From Eledone cirrhosa (taxonomy: Eukaryota): a DNA stretch of 64,000 nucleotides. The notes beneath the pieces are model-generated. The model saw only the letters and a program-made list of their open reading frames with translations, had not been told where the DNA came from and did no database searches. Location of the stretch: NCBI GenBank assembly GCA_964016885.1, contig OZ024743.1, positions 106,578,001 to 106,642,000 on the forward strand, given 5' to 3'. A program made the position numbers and the translations under genes. Shown piece by piece: positions 13,255 through 27,295 of this stretch; position 1 is the stretch's first letter, and each line of letters opens with the position of its first letter.

Positions 13255-15545
13255 TTTCTATAGAAGATACTTTCTTTGGGACTTTGAAAGTACGGACTCT
13301 ATATACATGTGTAAGGGCGAATGCACTTCAACAAAAACTAGGTAGATACACAGGCATAGTAACGCCAGAATGACTGTATTTGGTGAGAAAATCTCAGATG
13401 AAAACCAGAAACTGTGGTACAGAAGAGATGACACCAAGCACGAACATAGAGTGGATTTAATTGTTAACAAATGTACGCCAATATCCAGCAGACACATAAC
13501 CACGCGTATGGCTGCAAGTTCACAGAACTTTACCATCATACAAAGCTATCCGCGATTATGAGGATGATGCTGGTGACGAATTCAATAGGGACATGCAGAA
13601 AATCATCAATGTGGATTTTCAATAAGAAATCCTCATCGCCGTAGGAGACTAAAATGTCACAGTAGGTCCAGGTGGATATGATCAATGAGTAGAACATTGT
13701 GGCGATTTGGGATCGGCGAAGAAAATTGATCGTGGACACAGCCTCCAAGAATTTGCTAGCACCCATGAACATACCCTACCCAATTCACGTTCCCACACAA
13801 AATCTGACGGAGAACAACACGGCATGCATCCTGTGGCGGGATTTACAACCAAATACACTTCAAGATCGCACCTTAAACGTTCAGGGCCCTTATCAATAAA
13901 GTCAGAATTAGGACCCTCTCTATTTTAAATGTCATCATTGATCATGATTTGGTTCTCGTGACACTAAATCTTGAATTAAAAAATGCCCCAAAAAGGGGAC
14001 TAATACGTATCGCGTTTAATGTAGACAAACACATAGATCCTGCCTTTGCAACAATATTTTAGCTGAACGTAGGTGGCTGGTTTGCAGCCATCTACCTTCT
14101 AGAATATATAAACTCCTTAACGGAAAACATCAAGAAAACATTTCATGAAACCGATTTAGAAGTGCTGAGGAGAACGAGAAGGAAAAATAATCTATGCGTC
14201 ACTGAAATCTTGGACCTACGTGATTTAAGACGTGAATATAGGAAGGCCAAGCTGACACTGAAACAAGAAGAGCCCAAACTTATCAAGACACTGACAGTTA
14301 CCTGTCAGAATATATGGGCTGCAAAGAAATAGCCAAAAGAGTGGACACAATTGTAGATGATAGTATTTCCACGAAATGAATCGTAAGAATCTGGCAGAAC
14401 TACAGAACATTTATCCTAATTAGCCACCCAAAGGAATTACTGCCAAGAATTCTTCTAAATGGACTTAAAGAAAAGGCGGAATAAATGCTTTTTGTGAAAG
14501 AGCTGGATTCAGGCCCAAAATGACAACAGAACAGATATTTAACATCAGACTGCTCACCGAGCAACATCTGCAGCACCAATCTGACATCTATCATAACTTC
14601 ATCGCATTTAAAAGAGATTGTGAACGTTTTTTTTTTTTGGCATGATGGTTTGTGAAATTTGATGAAGAATTACAACTTTTACATCAAGTAATTAAAGCAC
14701 TGTATTACAAATTAAACAGGGCAATTCTCATAAATAACATCACACAATTCTCCAGGAAAACAGTGGGAGTTCGACAATGCTGACTTCTTTCTACAGTGCT
14801 TTTCAGCAACGTTCTGGAAAACGTCAACTAAAAGACACTGCAATGCTTTCAAAACTCTGTTTCATTGCTGATAAAATTGGCTTGTTAAGGAAGCAGAACT
14901 TAAGGATCTCAACATTAGACCAGAACATATATCAGGAGAATGCCGAATGGAGATTATCTCAGAAATTGAAGATCATATCAGGGCAAGGTTCTGGTTAAGT
15001 GATAATCAGAATATAGCAACCAATAAGATTTAATTAATGGACACCTTCAAGTGTCTAGGATCAACTCTGACCAAAGATGGCAGGTCTCAAAAGGAGATAC
15101 TCATAAGAGTCACACTGGCCACCTTCGTTATCGTAGAGCTAAACGTCATATGGAAAATCAGCTACAGCAGTTTTCAATCGATCGTCATTTCGATCCGTTA
15201 GTCTGGGTGTGAGTGTTGAAATCACACAGTTCATATGGAACGAAGAATCTAGAAATTCGAGCAAAAATTCTTCAGTGGTTTGCTAAACATCCAGTCCATG
15301 TAGCACACACAGCTTTCTCGGCCGGCAAGTAAACAAAGATGCATCACTCTTTGTGATGGTAAAACGATGGAATCTTGTCTGGTATGGTCAGATATCTCGC
15401 CCCATTCCTTGTCTAAAACAATCTTCTGTTAAGGGTAGAGTCGAGAGAGGGCAAATATTCTGGTTCAACGCGATCAATGAATGGGCTAACTTCTACATAA
15501 CGAACCTTTTATGCACGGGGGAAAATAGTGACCATTAGCAACGGC
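13255..15545 (+). pseudogene. Decayed RTE-clade LINE (AP endonuclease plus RT)
   Basis: GTLKVRTLY (cf. GTWNVRTL), LWYRRDDTKHEHRVDLIV, GVRQ at ~14766, FKCLGSTL, KRWNLVWYGQISR (cf. KRRKLKWYGHISR). Many indels and stops. Confidence 0.9.
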
Positions 15546-15651
15546 CTGTACCAGCTGCGGGAAAACATGATTGATTGATGTATAGATGTAATCACAAACC
15601 GAAACAGCATGGCGCAGTGGTCGAGATTTTACATTTTTCTCTCTCTCTCTC

Positions 15652-15762
<111 letters not shown>

Positions 15763-15779
15763 GTATACATGTATGTGTA

Positions 15780-15830
<51 letters not shown>

Positions 15831-15834
15831 ATGC

Positions 15835-15897
<63 letters not shown>

Positions 15898-15899
15898 TA

Positions 15900-18230
15900 A
15901 GTGGTTACACAGCAGTTAGTTGACCATACTGAGAAAAATTGTTTCCTTAGCGGATCCTCAGCTCGTAATGGACATGGTATACGGAACAGGAAGGACAACC
16001 GTACGAACGCACACGCGCAGAAATGGTCACTTCACTCAGGCAATACTAAATTGCGTGCGTGAGATGTAAGGGAGATAACTGCGAAATTCCGAAAGTTTCT
16101 AGTTGATGAGAACATTAGGATGTTGTTGTAATTCAATCCGGAGCTTTGTAGTTATGTAAGAGGTGTTTCCAGAAATGTGGACAACGTGTGAAGAACTCAA
16201 TCTTGTTTTTAGGCAATCGCTATTGCGTAATCTCTTCAGAATTTTTATTCGTTCATCAATACATAGTCCACCCGACGGATTGGACTTAGTGATGGCTTTC
16301 CATTGAATGGAGTAGTTTATACTTGAGTCCTTCAGGAACCATACGTGGCTCGCGAGTTTCATGGATGAACGTCTGTCCGGGTACCTAAAGGTCGGCTGGT
16401 GGTTAAGGAAGCGTTCCTTAAATCGGCTCTCTACCATGCTCACATCAGATTTGACCTACCGTGGTTGAATTGGTCGGTTGGAAGTGACCACAGCTTCATA
16501 AACTACAGCGGGTGAGTTGCATTTCTGTTGACGACAAGCTTCGGGGTTAGGGCAAGAGACCCTGGTGGGATGTTGCTCTTAGGGCTGTTGGTGATATGGG
16601 CCTTCATGTTCTTCGCGCAAGAGTATCCTAGTTTTACTTTGTGTCGGTTAAAGATGGAGCGGTATTTATGACATATGGGAAAATGTCTATCTAAGAGGGC
16701 TAGACATATTTTGCCTACATTGGTTTTAACGTTGAGTGATAAGGGAAGTGTTTGTCTATTGTTACGCTTCCTTTTCTTATTGCTGTTGTTGTTAGTGGGA
16801 GAGTAAGTGATAGGTTGCGAGAAGCCGCTGTTAGCTAACCTATTGTTATAGTAGGGTGCCGCTCTGTCAAAGATAGCCTTATTAGAGGAGAGGTTTGAGA
16901 TTCCTGTACTGATATTATTTACGAAGTTTCTAAAAACAGTGGGCGGGTGGCATGAGTCCTTGTGAATGTAATTGAGTTTTTCCTTAACCTTATTGAAGGG
17001 TCTGCAGGTGTGTGTGCGAAGGTCTAAATTAATGTCTAAGAAATCTACGCTAGAACAGTTGATAGCTACTATTATCCTAAGTCTTAACTCATTGAAGGTA
17101 GAAGCTAAGATTTTTTTTTAAACCGGTGGAGGTCGTGACCACTTTTATGGCTCGATAAGGTCAGTCCATCGTCGCTGTATATTCCCGTGCGGAAGTCCGG
17201 GAATCTAACACGTAATATGTCTAAGATAAATAGGCCAACCAAGTCAGCACTGTCAAACGATCCCAAGCGGACGCCGAACAGGTCTGAAGTTGTTGACTTC
17301 TTTGCCCAGGCTACTCTGTTGTTAAAGAGGGGGGTTTTCCGGCAGAGAGCGATGATTTCCCTGTCTCAACTATGGACGGTAGTGTAAGTGGTAGCGAAGT
17401 CCAACGCTTTGTTTAACAGGGTCTCTGAGATCGACGGGTAAAAATCAACAATGTCAAACTGTGTGAACTTCCCTTTTGGGGGATTTGAAGGAGTTGAACC
17501 AGTTAATTACGGAGTCGCTGTTCTCCCGCACGGACAGGTTGGACTTGGTCCTAATGGTCTTACCTATGTTTCTAACTATGGCTTTACTGACTCGACCCAT
17601 ATCTGTGCGTGCCAGGTTTAGTAGTCTACGGGTTGGGTTAGAAGTAAAGTCTACCTTGTGATCTTTCAGGGTGTGGAACGCCTCCCGCTTATTTACCTTA
17701 AGGGCGGCGGCAAGTTCTTTGGCTTCTGTATTAATGTCGTGGCAGGCCATAGGGTTAGCTTTCTTATATTTGGAAGTAATAGCGTTATGGGCCAAGTGGC
17801 TGAAAGTGGTGTTGTCGACTTAGTAAATATTATTAGTTTTGTCGGAAAGAACGAAAGTGTTATTAGATGGCCTAAATATTTTAATATCATTTCTAAGTTT
17901 AGTATGAAAGGTGTTAGGGTGCTTGTGAAAGGAAATGTTAGCGACTAAGTCAAGAAGGTCCGCCTCGAAAGGAGCAAGTTCAGTTACCTTAGGAGGGTAG
18001 GCTCTCGATTTCAGGTTGAAGGTGTTACTGGTGCCTGTAATTTTGCCGACAAAACCTACGACTCGCCATCTTAAGCGTCTGACGACATCATCCGCTTTTT
18101 GTAGTATAAGCTTTTGGTAAACGATGTTGGAAGGAGTGGGAATGTTCTTCAGGGAGTAATCCAGTTCGTATAAATCCATACTGACGTTGATGAGACGACA
18201 ATTGTGTAGGACACCAGGATATAGCGAGCG
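15900..18230 (-). mobile_element. Near full-length decayed Penelope-like element, Hydra-type (RT plus C-terminal GIY-YIG)
   Basis: DYSLKNIPTPS..YQKLILQKADDVVRRLRWR, VLSDKTNNIY, TLKDHKVDF..NPTRRLLN, FDIVDFYPSI, GIYSDDGL, CPNPEAC..KC..AVVYEA, FKERFLNH, LASHVWFLKD..YSIQWK. Bounded by TA-rich tracts. Clade assignment is from recalled motifs. Confidence 0.88.
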
Positions 18231-18246
18231 CTCATATGTATACATA

Positions 18247-18750
18247 TGCATAGACGGTTGTACCCCTTGCTTCTGTTGGACATCACCAGAGGGCGTTAGC
18301 ACCCCGGTGATGCATAACTACGGCTTCCTAAGACCGTATTTTGTTGGAAATACGAAATTATTATACATATTTTATAAAGCTATGCCTGAAGGGAAATCCT
18401 ATTTATTTTCTATTATAGCTGGAGCCAACTGATGCAGATTCATATGCAAATGAAATTAATCACCTCATTAACACAGACGAGGAAACTATATATTCTCGCC
18501 TCTCTTCTAGTCCAGCAGTCGCAGGCGGTGGAAGGCACCGTCCTGACGATGACCCGTTAAGCCTGAAATGCATAGACGGTTGCCCCCCCCCCCCCCTGAT
18601 TCTGGTGGACATCACCAGAAGACATTAGCCCCCGGTGTTTGCATAGCTACAGCTTCCTAAAACCGTATTTCTTTGAAAATACAAAATTATTATGCATATT
18701 GTTATATATATTGTATAAAGCTATGCTTGATGCGAAATCCCATTTCTTTT
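18247..18750 (+). repeat. Tandem pseudo-LTR-like direct repeat (18247-18410 and 18569-18745)
   Basis: tgcatagacggttg...ggacatcaccaga...ccccggtg...gcttcctaa...gaaatcc occurs twice. Confidence 0.85.
18534..18584 (+). ncRNA. Minimal type I hammerhead ribozyme
   Basis: Stem I accgtc/gacggt (extended by ggc/gcc). Core CTGACGA...GAAA, palindromic loop III TGCA, cleavage after UA at 18574. Stem II is imperfect. Confidence 0.75.
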
Positions 18751-18771
18751 ATGTGTATAGATATATGTGTA

Positions 18772-18836
<65 letters not shown>

Positions 18837-19569
18837 CGAACGGTTGGTTATTATTAGTTGGCTGTAGCTCTACGCATTTACGTATAATGGGAGTGTATAC
18901 GTAAACATAAACTATATTTGTGTATACAATAGTCATATTGGTATCGTAGCTATCAAAGGAAAATATATCTTAATGAAATATTTATTTATATTTTTCATTA
19001 GATCTCACTTTTGTTAATATAACCACAATGACACATTGCGTTGCTTCAATTCTGTTTTATTTTACCTTTCATCAGTAGCAAACATTTAACCGGTACTGAC
19101 ACTGAAATAGCCTAGAATTTATATAGAATTTTGCCTTATGAATATTTGCTGCCGATTCTCATTTGCATATAGTAAATATAAAACTTCGGCTTGAAATCCC
19201 GTTTGCACAGTGCAACAATGTCTGGTTAGAATTAATTGGTAGTAGAACGAAGACAAAGTTTAAGCATAATATGGGTGTATATGAAATCAAATTTAAACAT
19301 ATACTATATATTTATATACAATAAACATATAAGTAGTATCGCTATGAAAGGAAGATTTTTTTTTCTTAACGAAACATTATTTTCCTCTATGGAAATATCG
19401 TAGAATTGTCACCACGTTCGAGAGATACAAGATATATTAATAGTTCATCAGTGACACTTACTCAACCGATATAGACATGGAAATATACTTGCGTCTATAT
19501 AGATATTTGAGAGAAGAACTATTGCTGGAGATGCTCATTTGCATAGTGCAAATAGAGAATTCCGATTGG

Positions 19570-19617
<48 letters not shown>

Positions 19618-19629
19618 GCACACAGTAAC

Positions 19630-20225
19630 ATACGAGCAGAAGTATAGCTCTTTATACAAAACGTTTTGTTTCATTTTCAGAAACGCTCCATCATGCACTT
19701 TTCTAAAAAATTATAGACCATACACTAGATACCAGCTTCAACAATTTTCCGAGAGATGTTAACATAAATGGACCTGTTATTTTTGTCTAAAAACATTTTC
19801 TCCAATTCTACCCCGACCGTCCCTGCAATTTTACTAATTTCTCATTCTTTTTTCTGATGAAGGACAAGCGTCCGAAAAGCTAAGACCCTCTTCCTGCTAT
19901 TTCAAGCGTTAACCTAATATATCCCTTCCATATACTATACCGATTGTGTTGTTATTTCTGTTTAACTTTTGCATACGCAGGTGTGTGTGTATGTGTGTAA
20001 AAGTTAAACAGAAATAAAAACACAATCGGTGCAGTATATGGAAGGAATATATTAGGGGAATGCTTGAAATAGCGGGAAGCGGGTGTTTGCGTTTCGGATG
20101 CGAGTCCTTCATCAAAGGAAATAATGAGAATTAAGATAGATTGAAGGTACGGGTGGGTTGGAATTGGATAAATTGTATTTAGATAAAAATAACAGTTACA
20201 TTCATGCTGACATTTCTTGAAAAAC
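19630..20225. mobile_element. Tail-to-tail inverted pair of PLE pseudo-LTRs, each with an HHR core
   Basis: Plus copy 19630-19977 has CTGATGA-A-GGAC-AAGC-GTCC-GAAA (19854-19877). Minus copy 19995-20225 has TTGATGA-AGGACTCGCATCC-GAAAC. Confidence 0.8.
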
Positions 20226-20535
20226 TATATATATATCACTCGCTCGGTATGCAAATGAGGCTACACAGCTGTTGTGTACTAAAGAAAATATTATATATTT
20301 TCAACCGTCCAACAGACTGGCAGAGATATACAATACCGATGAAGGGTAATGACCCAGAAAATGTTTGGTTGTTCCTCAAAGCCAGTGTTGCGCCATGCCG
20401 GTGACGATGGGTCACCGGCATGGGTCATCTATCACAGTAAAAACTGCATCTGTGCAATGGAATCAACTATACAGAACCGCTTATATTCAGAAGAAACTAA
20501 TAATGTTGTGATTTCACAGAATGTTATAGATAGGA

Positions 20536-20609
<74 letters not shown>

Positions 20610-20613
<4 letters not shown>

Positions 20614-21056
20614 CGGCGATAAATACATTAACCCAATCACGAACACACATCAAACAAAACACTATACACACACGCAAACGCATACGAATGAAGACAAAAC
20701 AAAACAAAAAACAAAAAACATAAATAAAAATAAATAAATAAACAAATAAATAAATATATAAACAGACAAAATAAAGATGGCGTGGGAAATACAATGCAAC
20801 GGGAGGAAACAATGACACCACTGACGATGTTGCAGATGTGCAACGATACAATTTTGATAGACTATATATATGTGTTTGTGTCTATATTGTATCTGTATGT
20901 TTGACCGTTGGTCAGTTAATGGCAAAATTGAGGACCGAATAAATTAAATTAACCGATATTAAAGACACAGAAGCGAAAAGCTAAAACCAACCAAACAGTG
21001 AGTGTGTTCTGTTATTAATTCGGGCAATATAACACAAATATGACCCTCCCCAAGTA

Positions 21057-21060
<4 letters not shown>
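20610..21060 (+). mobile_element. HHR-bearing non-coding repeat family A, copy 1
   Basis: CTGACGA-T-GTTGCA-GATG-TGCAAC-GATA at 20821-20848. Ends in tgaccctccccaagtataac followed by (TA)n. Confidence 0.65.
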
Positions 21061-21123
<63 letters not shown>

Positions 21124-21254
21124 AAGAGAATGAAACGAAATTTCATTTCTCACTCTTAGTCCGGCTGATACTCAAATGTAAGTATGTATACGTACATACA
21201 TATATGTATACAGATGTATAGTAGCGGTTATATATATATATATATATATATATA

Positions 21255-21560
21255 TGGTGGCTGCCAACTCGTTTTCAAGTACGGCCACTACTTTATATCC
21301 ATGTAGGAGAACCCCTACCGATGCGCTAAACAAGTGTGACTTTTAGTCCAGCCAGCGACTTGAAAACTCTGGTACAAACACTACACCTGTGACAATTATT
21401 GACACATAGTGTTGGGCCTTTGGTACCATGTGACGACAAGTGTAGAGAGATCTCCAGATATAAAGCAATGCCTGTGCCGTGAAGCTTTTATAGTGAGCAA
21501 AGGCACTGCACAAAGCCAGTCCCACTCTCTTAACCAAGATGATATTTACCAAAAAGAAGA
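21255..21560 (-). mobile_element. 5'-truncated copy of the RTE-dependent element at 58914-59520
   Basis: Near-identical to 58915-59220 over ~300 bp. Confidence 0.9.
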
Positions 21561-21964
21561 ATATATATATATATATATATATACATGCACACATATATAT
21601 ATATATGTACGTATAGGTTTACCGAACATTTATGATAATGTTCGGTTTGTTTGTAAAAAAACAGCCCGAATTACGCCGTTCAGGCAACCATCGTCGCCTT
21701 TTTTGTTCAACACTGACACAGGAACACTGTACTAGTTTCAAGCTTATTATCTATCGTTAGCATCGTATACCTTCCTGCCAGATGATTGAACGTCTGAAAG
21801 TATATACTGTCCTTATGCATATTAACGGCTGAGCAGCCTAATTTGCATATTGAGTGAGTTAGTCGGCCGGTCGCATCGAAAACGATAAATGTGAAAGAAT
21901 TAAACGAAATTGATATATATATATATATAATTACACACAAACACACACACAAACATACATATAC

Positions 21965-21992
<28 letters not shown>

Positions 21993-21995
<3 letters not shown>

Positions 21996-22105
21996 GGAAC
22001 AAGTAAGACCCCGACGGCTGAACTCAAGCTGTCGGCTGAATTAGCCATCAGAATAAGCCGTCGAAACGGCCTGAGCTCAGCCGTCGGGGTCCTACTTGTT
22101 CCTAT
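21993..22105. repeat. Inverted repeat (~34-bp arms)
   Basis: ataggaacaagtaagaccccgacggctgaactca versus tgagctcagccgtcggggtcctacttgttcctat. Confidence 0.9.
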
Positions 22106-22181
22106 TACCCACTCTACTACCCTAAGTATTGAGTACTTTGGTGCGTTATGGTCCACCTGGTTCCTTACCACATTTCCTTCG

Positions 22182-22245
<64 letters not shown>

Positions 22246-22451
22246 GTATACACACGTACACACATATATATACACATATATATATACATACGCTCACGTA
22301 TATACATATACATATGTACGTAGAGGTTATATCGAATATTAATAATAATGTTCGATTCGTTTGTAAACAAACGGCCCGATTTGAAGTTGCACCATGCCGG
22401 TGACGATGGCGATATGAAGTTGCGCCATGCCGATGACGATATATATATATA

Positions 22452-23279
22452 CTAGCAGTAAAGCCCGGCGTTGCTCGGGGTCGCTCAGTAGCTGTGTTAA
22501 AGTTACAATGTTAAGTTTCTTTTTTGGCTTAAACACTGTAGTGTCTACTGTGCAGACTTGCATGTGGTGTTTTTGATTAATATTCCCTCAACCAACAATA
22601 TGCCTTATGAAGTTAAGAAAACATAACGATAACCCGAATGTTATAACAAAAGAGGATGCTGGGGATAAAAACTGCACTGGTTATTTATTAACAAAGATCG
22701 AAAATGTAAACACTGCAACGCAGAGAAAAACATTAGCGTAACCAAATTATCAGTTATGTCTGTCTGCACGCCTATATCACCTCTCTGCACGACTGTCTGT
22801 CTGCACGCCTATATCACCTCTCTGCACGACTGTCTGTCTGCACGACTGTCTGTCTGCACGCCTAACGACGAAATATTTGCTTGTTTTACGTAGTCTTTAA
22901 ATAGACTTGTTTTCAAGTAAAAATATTGTTTTAAAATGCTTTTAAATGGAAATGAAGCAAAACGGAAGCTTAGTGTTCGAACGCGTATTGTGTTAATGTC
23001 ATTTTAAACGCTGAGAAAGCCAGCGTAATTTTTTACGTAAGACGCTCAATGTAAACAGAACATAGGGAAATAACTGATAACTTACGCTCAAAAATCGATA
23101 CATTATATCGATTTCGTCACATAGGGTGGGTCAATTTGAAATTTTTTTTTTCCGATGTCTTCGCTAGGGCTCAATGTACAAGTATAGCAATTTCAGTGGA
23201 ATTCCGTGAGAGATTCTAAGAGGAGATGTGTGCCAAAAATCGATAGACAGACAGACAACCACAGTTTTATATATATAGA
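22452..23279 (-). mobile_element. Non-autonomous Helitron
   Basis: The minus strand begins TCTATATATATAAAACTGTGGTTGTCTGTCTGTC and ends with hairpin CCCGAGCAACGCCGGG followed by CTTTACTGCTAG. It is inserted between A and T with no TSD. Internal ~37-bp tandem repeats at 22757-22860. Confidence 0.85.
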
Positions 23280-23576
23280 TATATGGGAAAGTAAAAAATA
23301 ACAACACATTAGTAAAAGTTACGAAAGGTATTATATATATATGTGTGCGTGTATGCATGTATGTATGTATATATATATATATGTGATTACACAAACACAC
23401 ACACATTAATATGTGTGTGTGTGTGTGTGTGTGTGTGTAATTTATATATATATATATATAAGTAAGATGTATGGTAGGTCGTATGTGAATCGCGATGATC
23501 ACGTCTGACTTACCAAATATGTGACGGTAGCTAGTTAAGCTCTATGTAAACAATGATCTTGCAATCACATGTTATA

Positions 23577-23623
23577 TGCCTTGATAAGTCCCACCATGGG
23601 GTCGGACGAAACGGCTGTCGGCA
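23577..23623 (+). ncRNA. Decayed type I hammerhead ribozyme
   Basis: tgcc-TTGATAA-GTCC..GGAC-GAAA-C-GGCT-G-TC-ggca. All three stems are present, with two core substitutions. Confidence 0.65.
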
Positions 23624-23667
23624 ATAAACTTGTTATAATGCCATAATAGTTCCTTTGTTCTTTTTCA

Positions 23668-23708
<41 letters not shown>

Positions 23709-24357
23709 GATAAAAAGGACGATTGATTATTCCTTCATTGCATTTATTGATAGGTGACGCGCGTTTCGCCACTGATCAGCTCAAGGTTCGATCTATATCG
23801 ATCCTACCTGACTCAATAATCCGCAGCTCGACGGACCTTCTTAAAATGCTATAAGAAAATGAAATAAATGCTATGTGATAAAGTCAGATATTCAAGAGTT
23901 TGACAGAATGAGTTGTTTTGATTGGTGGGAATGGTCAAGGCGATGTACTGGCCTGTAGTGTATATGGGGGTGGGGGTGATGGTGAGATGTTGGTGACGAT
24001 GGGTGGATGAGATCGGTTGTGGTGTGGTGGTGGTTGATTGGCCTGGGCGTGTAGAGTATGTGGGGGTGGATGTTATGATATGGTGGTGGTTATGGTTGCT
24101 TAGCGGGATGGGCTGTGGTATGAGGTTAGTGGGTTGTCAGTAGACGTCCTTTTTATCCTTTCTATATATTACACTCTGTATAGCTCTACACATCATCACA
24201 GAAGTGAACCTAAACATCGAGTGCTCACCCGGGTGAACCTGCAGTAACTCCTAGTTACACCCCCTGGATATATATATATATATATGACAATTAAAATATG
24301 TTTTGAAACAGTGTGCAGGTTTGAAATTAGACAATAAAATAGCTTTCACCGTATTTT

Positions 24358-24503
24358 TGACTAAAGAAATTTTAGTCTGATAATGGGGTTTAGAACCCTC
24401 AGATAAATGGAAAAAGATGAGTATTGACGTACGTCAATACTCATCTTTTTCCATTTATCTGAGGGTTCTAAACCCCATTATCAGACGAAAATTTCTTTAG
24501 TCA
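24358..24503. repeat. Spacerless palindrome, 73-bp arms, 1 mismatch
   Basis: Centre gacgt|acgtc at 24430/24431. Confidence 0.97.
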
Positions 24504-25498
24504 TATATATATATAAACTCATATCTATAACATTCTGTGAAATGTGAAATTACCAAATTATTAGTTTCGTGTGAATATAAGCGGTTATGTATAGTTGATT
24601 CCATTGAACAGAAGCAGTTTTTACTGTGATAGATGTGGAAGTTCGTGCACCCATAAAGACAGATATTTATCGAGAAATGTATTTATAAAAATAATTTTGT
24701 ATCTATTTTCTCCATTAAATTGCAGGAAATAAAAACCTGCATAGAGAGACCCCCAGATATAATAGTAGTGAAAAGATCAATATAGGGGGAACATATGAGA
24801 ATCAATCGTTGCTCAGATGGAAAGTAAAAAGCGCATAGAGGAAAAAAAATTAATAGAAGCATATATACATTGATAGAAAGATACATAGGTGAAAGAGGTT
24901 AAAGAGATATGATTTTAAAGTATACATGGCACATATGGATATATCTGCAATCTATATAAACATACAATCATACAAACGTTTATACATAAATAAGTGACTA
25001 TGCTACCATATTTTATATATATATTTATATATGTACATTTTAAACATACAAAAAATAAGAGCATCTATGTATACAAACCTAGATTTGTCTATACATATAT
25101 GCACATAGATATACCGACAGACTCAAGCTTTTCTACATACATGAATAACTATGGTGATACATCATAGACACAAAATATCGTATTAAACTTTGCTATAACC
25201 AAATAATGTCATTATATACCTGTATTGTCATACATATCCTTAACTCCAACTTTCGTTGTCTACAGCATAGATGACATTTTCTTAAGTTCCTCTTATGGCC
25301 TCAACTAAATATCATGACCTTTTAAATTGTATATGCATTAGAGATTATATATATGTATATATATATATATATGTACGATATACGCACATACAAACTAAAG
25401 AACTAACGGGTATAGAAGTGTGCATTCGATGCTGTATATAAGTGATTATAAATGCCTGTCATGTATACATATATACATACAAATATATGTATAAATAA

Positions 25499-25698
<200 letters not shown>

Positions 25699-26590
25699 GC
25701 ATATATATATTTATATGTATATGCATATATATATTTATATGCATATTTATATACACATTTATATGCATGCATATACAAATGTCAAAACATGTCAAACTGC
25801 AATTATTTGTTTATAGCTATATATACAATGTACACATTTATACTACAATGTAAGAATACATTTTATATACGAATCCATTTATACCAATCAATGTGTGCAT
25901 GTACTCTTCATATTTCGCAATATCACGTATGCACACACACACACACACGCACGCATACACACCCACAAACTAACTTGTATAGAACCGTGCATACGATATT
26001 GTAAATAAGTGATTAAACATGTCTGTCGTGCATACATATATACATACAAATATATGTATAAATATATATATATAATTAAGTTAAAAATGTACATCCACAT
26101 ATGTATACTGAAATACTAGTATGCATATGAATACACACACGTATACATATGTAGATGTACCGAGTTTTTCACTGGTCACTTCACTGTGAGTGTCCAGCTA
26201 TTCTGTATGCAAACACACAGACAAACCGGTTTTTAGAGTCATACTGGTTTTTGAGGAAACACCTTTCCTCTATTCTCCAGAAAGCCAGACAAGGAATATT
26301 GAACTAGTTTCGATGTTGTTACATCTCATCAGCAATATTTACCTATCTTCCGGCCTCTCTAGAGAAACGTAAAAGCACATATCGTTATATGCTTTTTCTA
26401 TGAAAATTAATTGTTTAAGCGTCAGTCATACAAAAGTGAGTTACAAACGAAACGAAATTTAATTTCGTTTCGTTATTTGTTTTTATATATATATATATAC
26501 ATAGTAATAATAATAAATTTGAAGACTAAAATCCAAAGAGGGCTCGATAAGGATAAATATATATCAAACATATGAGAACCGTAGAGCAAA

Positions 26591-27187
26591 TATTTATTAA
26601 GATAACAGATTAAAGTTTAAGCAAAGAATCGCTGCGTTCACTCTTCTGAAACTAAAAAAGTCAAACTGTGAACGCAGTAGTAAATATTTCAAAAAACGTT
26701 GCAACCGGAGGAAGACGGGAAGACGATACTTTGGTTCGTGGAAACGTTCCCTGGCAAAGAACCGAAAACAAACGAAGATAATTCGTCATTATGTGGAACG
26801 GTGAAAACAATTACACGCAAAGACAAAACCACGTTTATGGTATAAATGAAGTCGTAGACTAATATTCTATTAGGTGGTTCAAGGAGATGTTCTCTGGCAA
26901 TGAACGGAAAAACGAAGATAATACGTCATTATACGGAACCCTGAGAACAATTGCACGTAAAGACAATACCACGTAAATAATGACGTATTATCTTCATTTG
27001 TATTCGGTTCTTTGCCAGGGAACGTTTCCACGAACAAAAGTATCGTCTTCCTGTCTTCCTCCGGTTGCAACGTTTTTTGAAATATTTAATTCTGCGTTTA
27101 CAGATTGACTTTTTTAGTTTCAGAAGATCCCGTTAAGGGTGAAAGCAGCGAATCTTTGGTTAAACTTTAATCTGTTATTTCAATATA

Positions 27188-27190
<3 letters not shown>
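26591..27190. repeat. Inverted repeat (~200-bp arms) enclosing a partial direct duplication
   Basis: 26591-26792 is the reverse complement of 26977-27190. 26750-26835 is repeated at 26895-26975. 27118-27180 recurs at 7137-7200. Confidence 0.9.
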
Positions 27191-27220
<30 letters not shown>

Positions 27221-27255
27221 TAATATTTCAATATATATATGTATATATATATATA

Positions 27256-27295
<40 letters not shown>

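Noticed and set aside
15900-18230. Naiad-type selenoprotein PLE
   Set aside because: The endonuclease is C-terminal, and I saw no TGA at conserved Cys positions. The lesions look like ordinary decay.
22757-22860. Short repeats resembling a CRISPR array
   Set aside because: No unique spacers, eukaryotic context, and it is an internal minisatellite of the Helitron.
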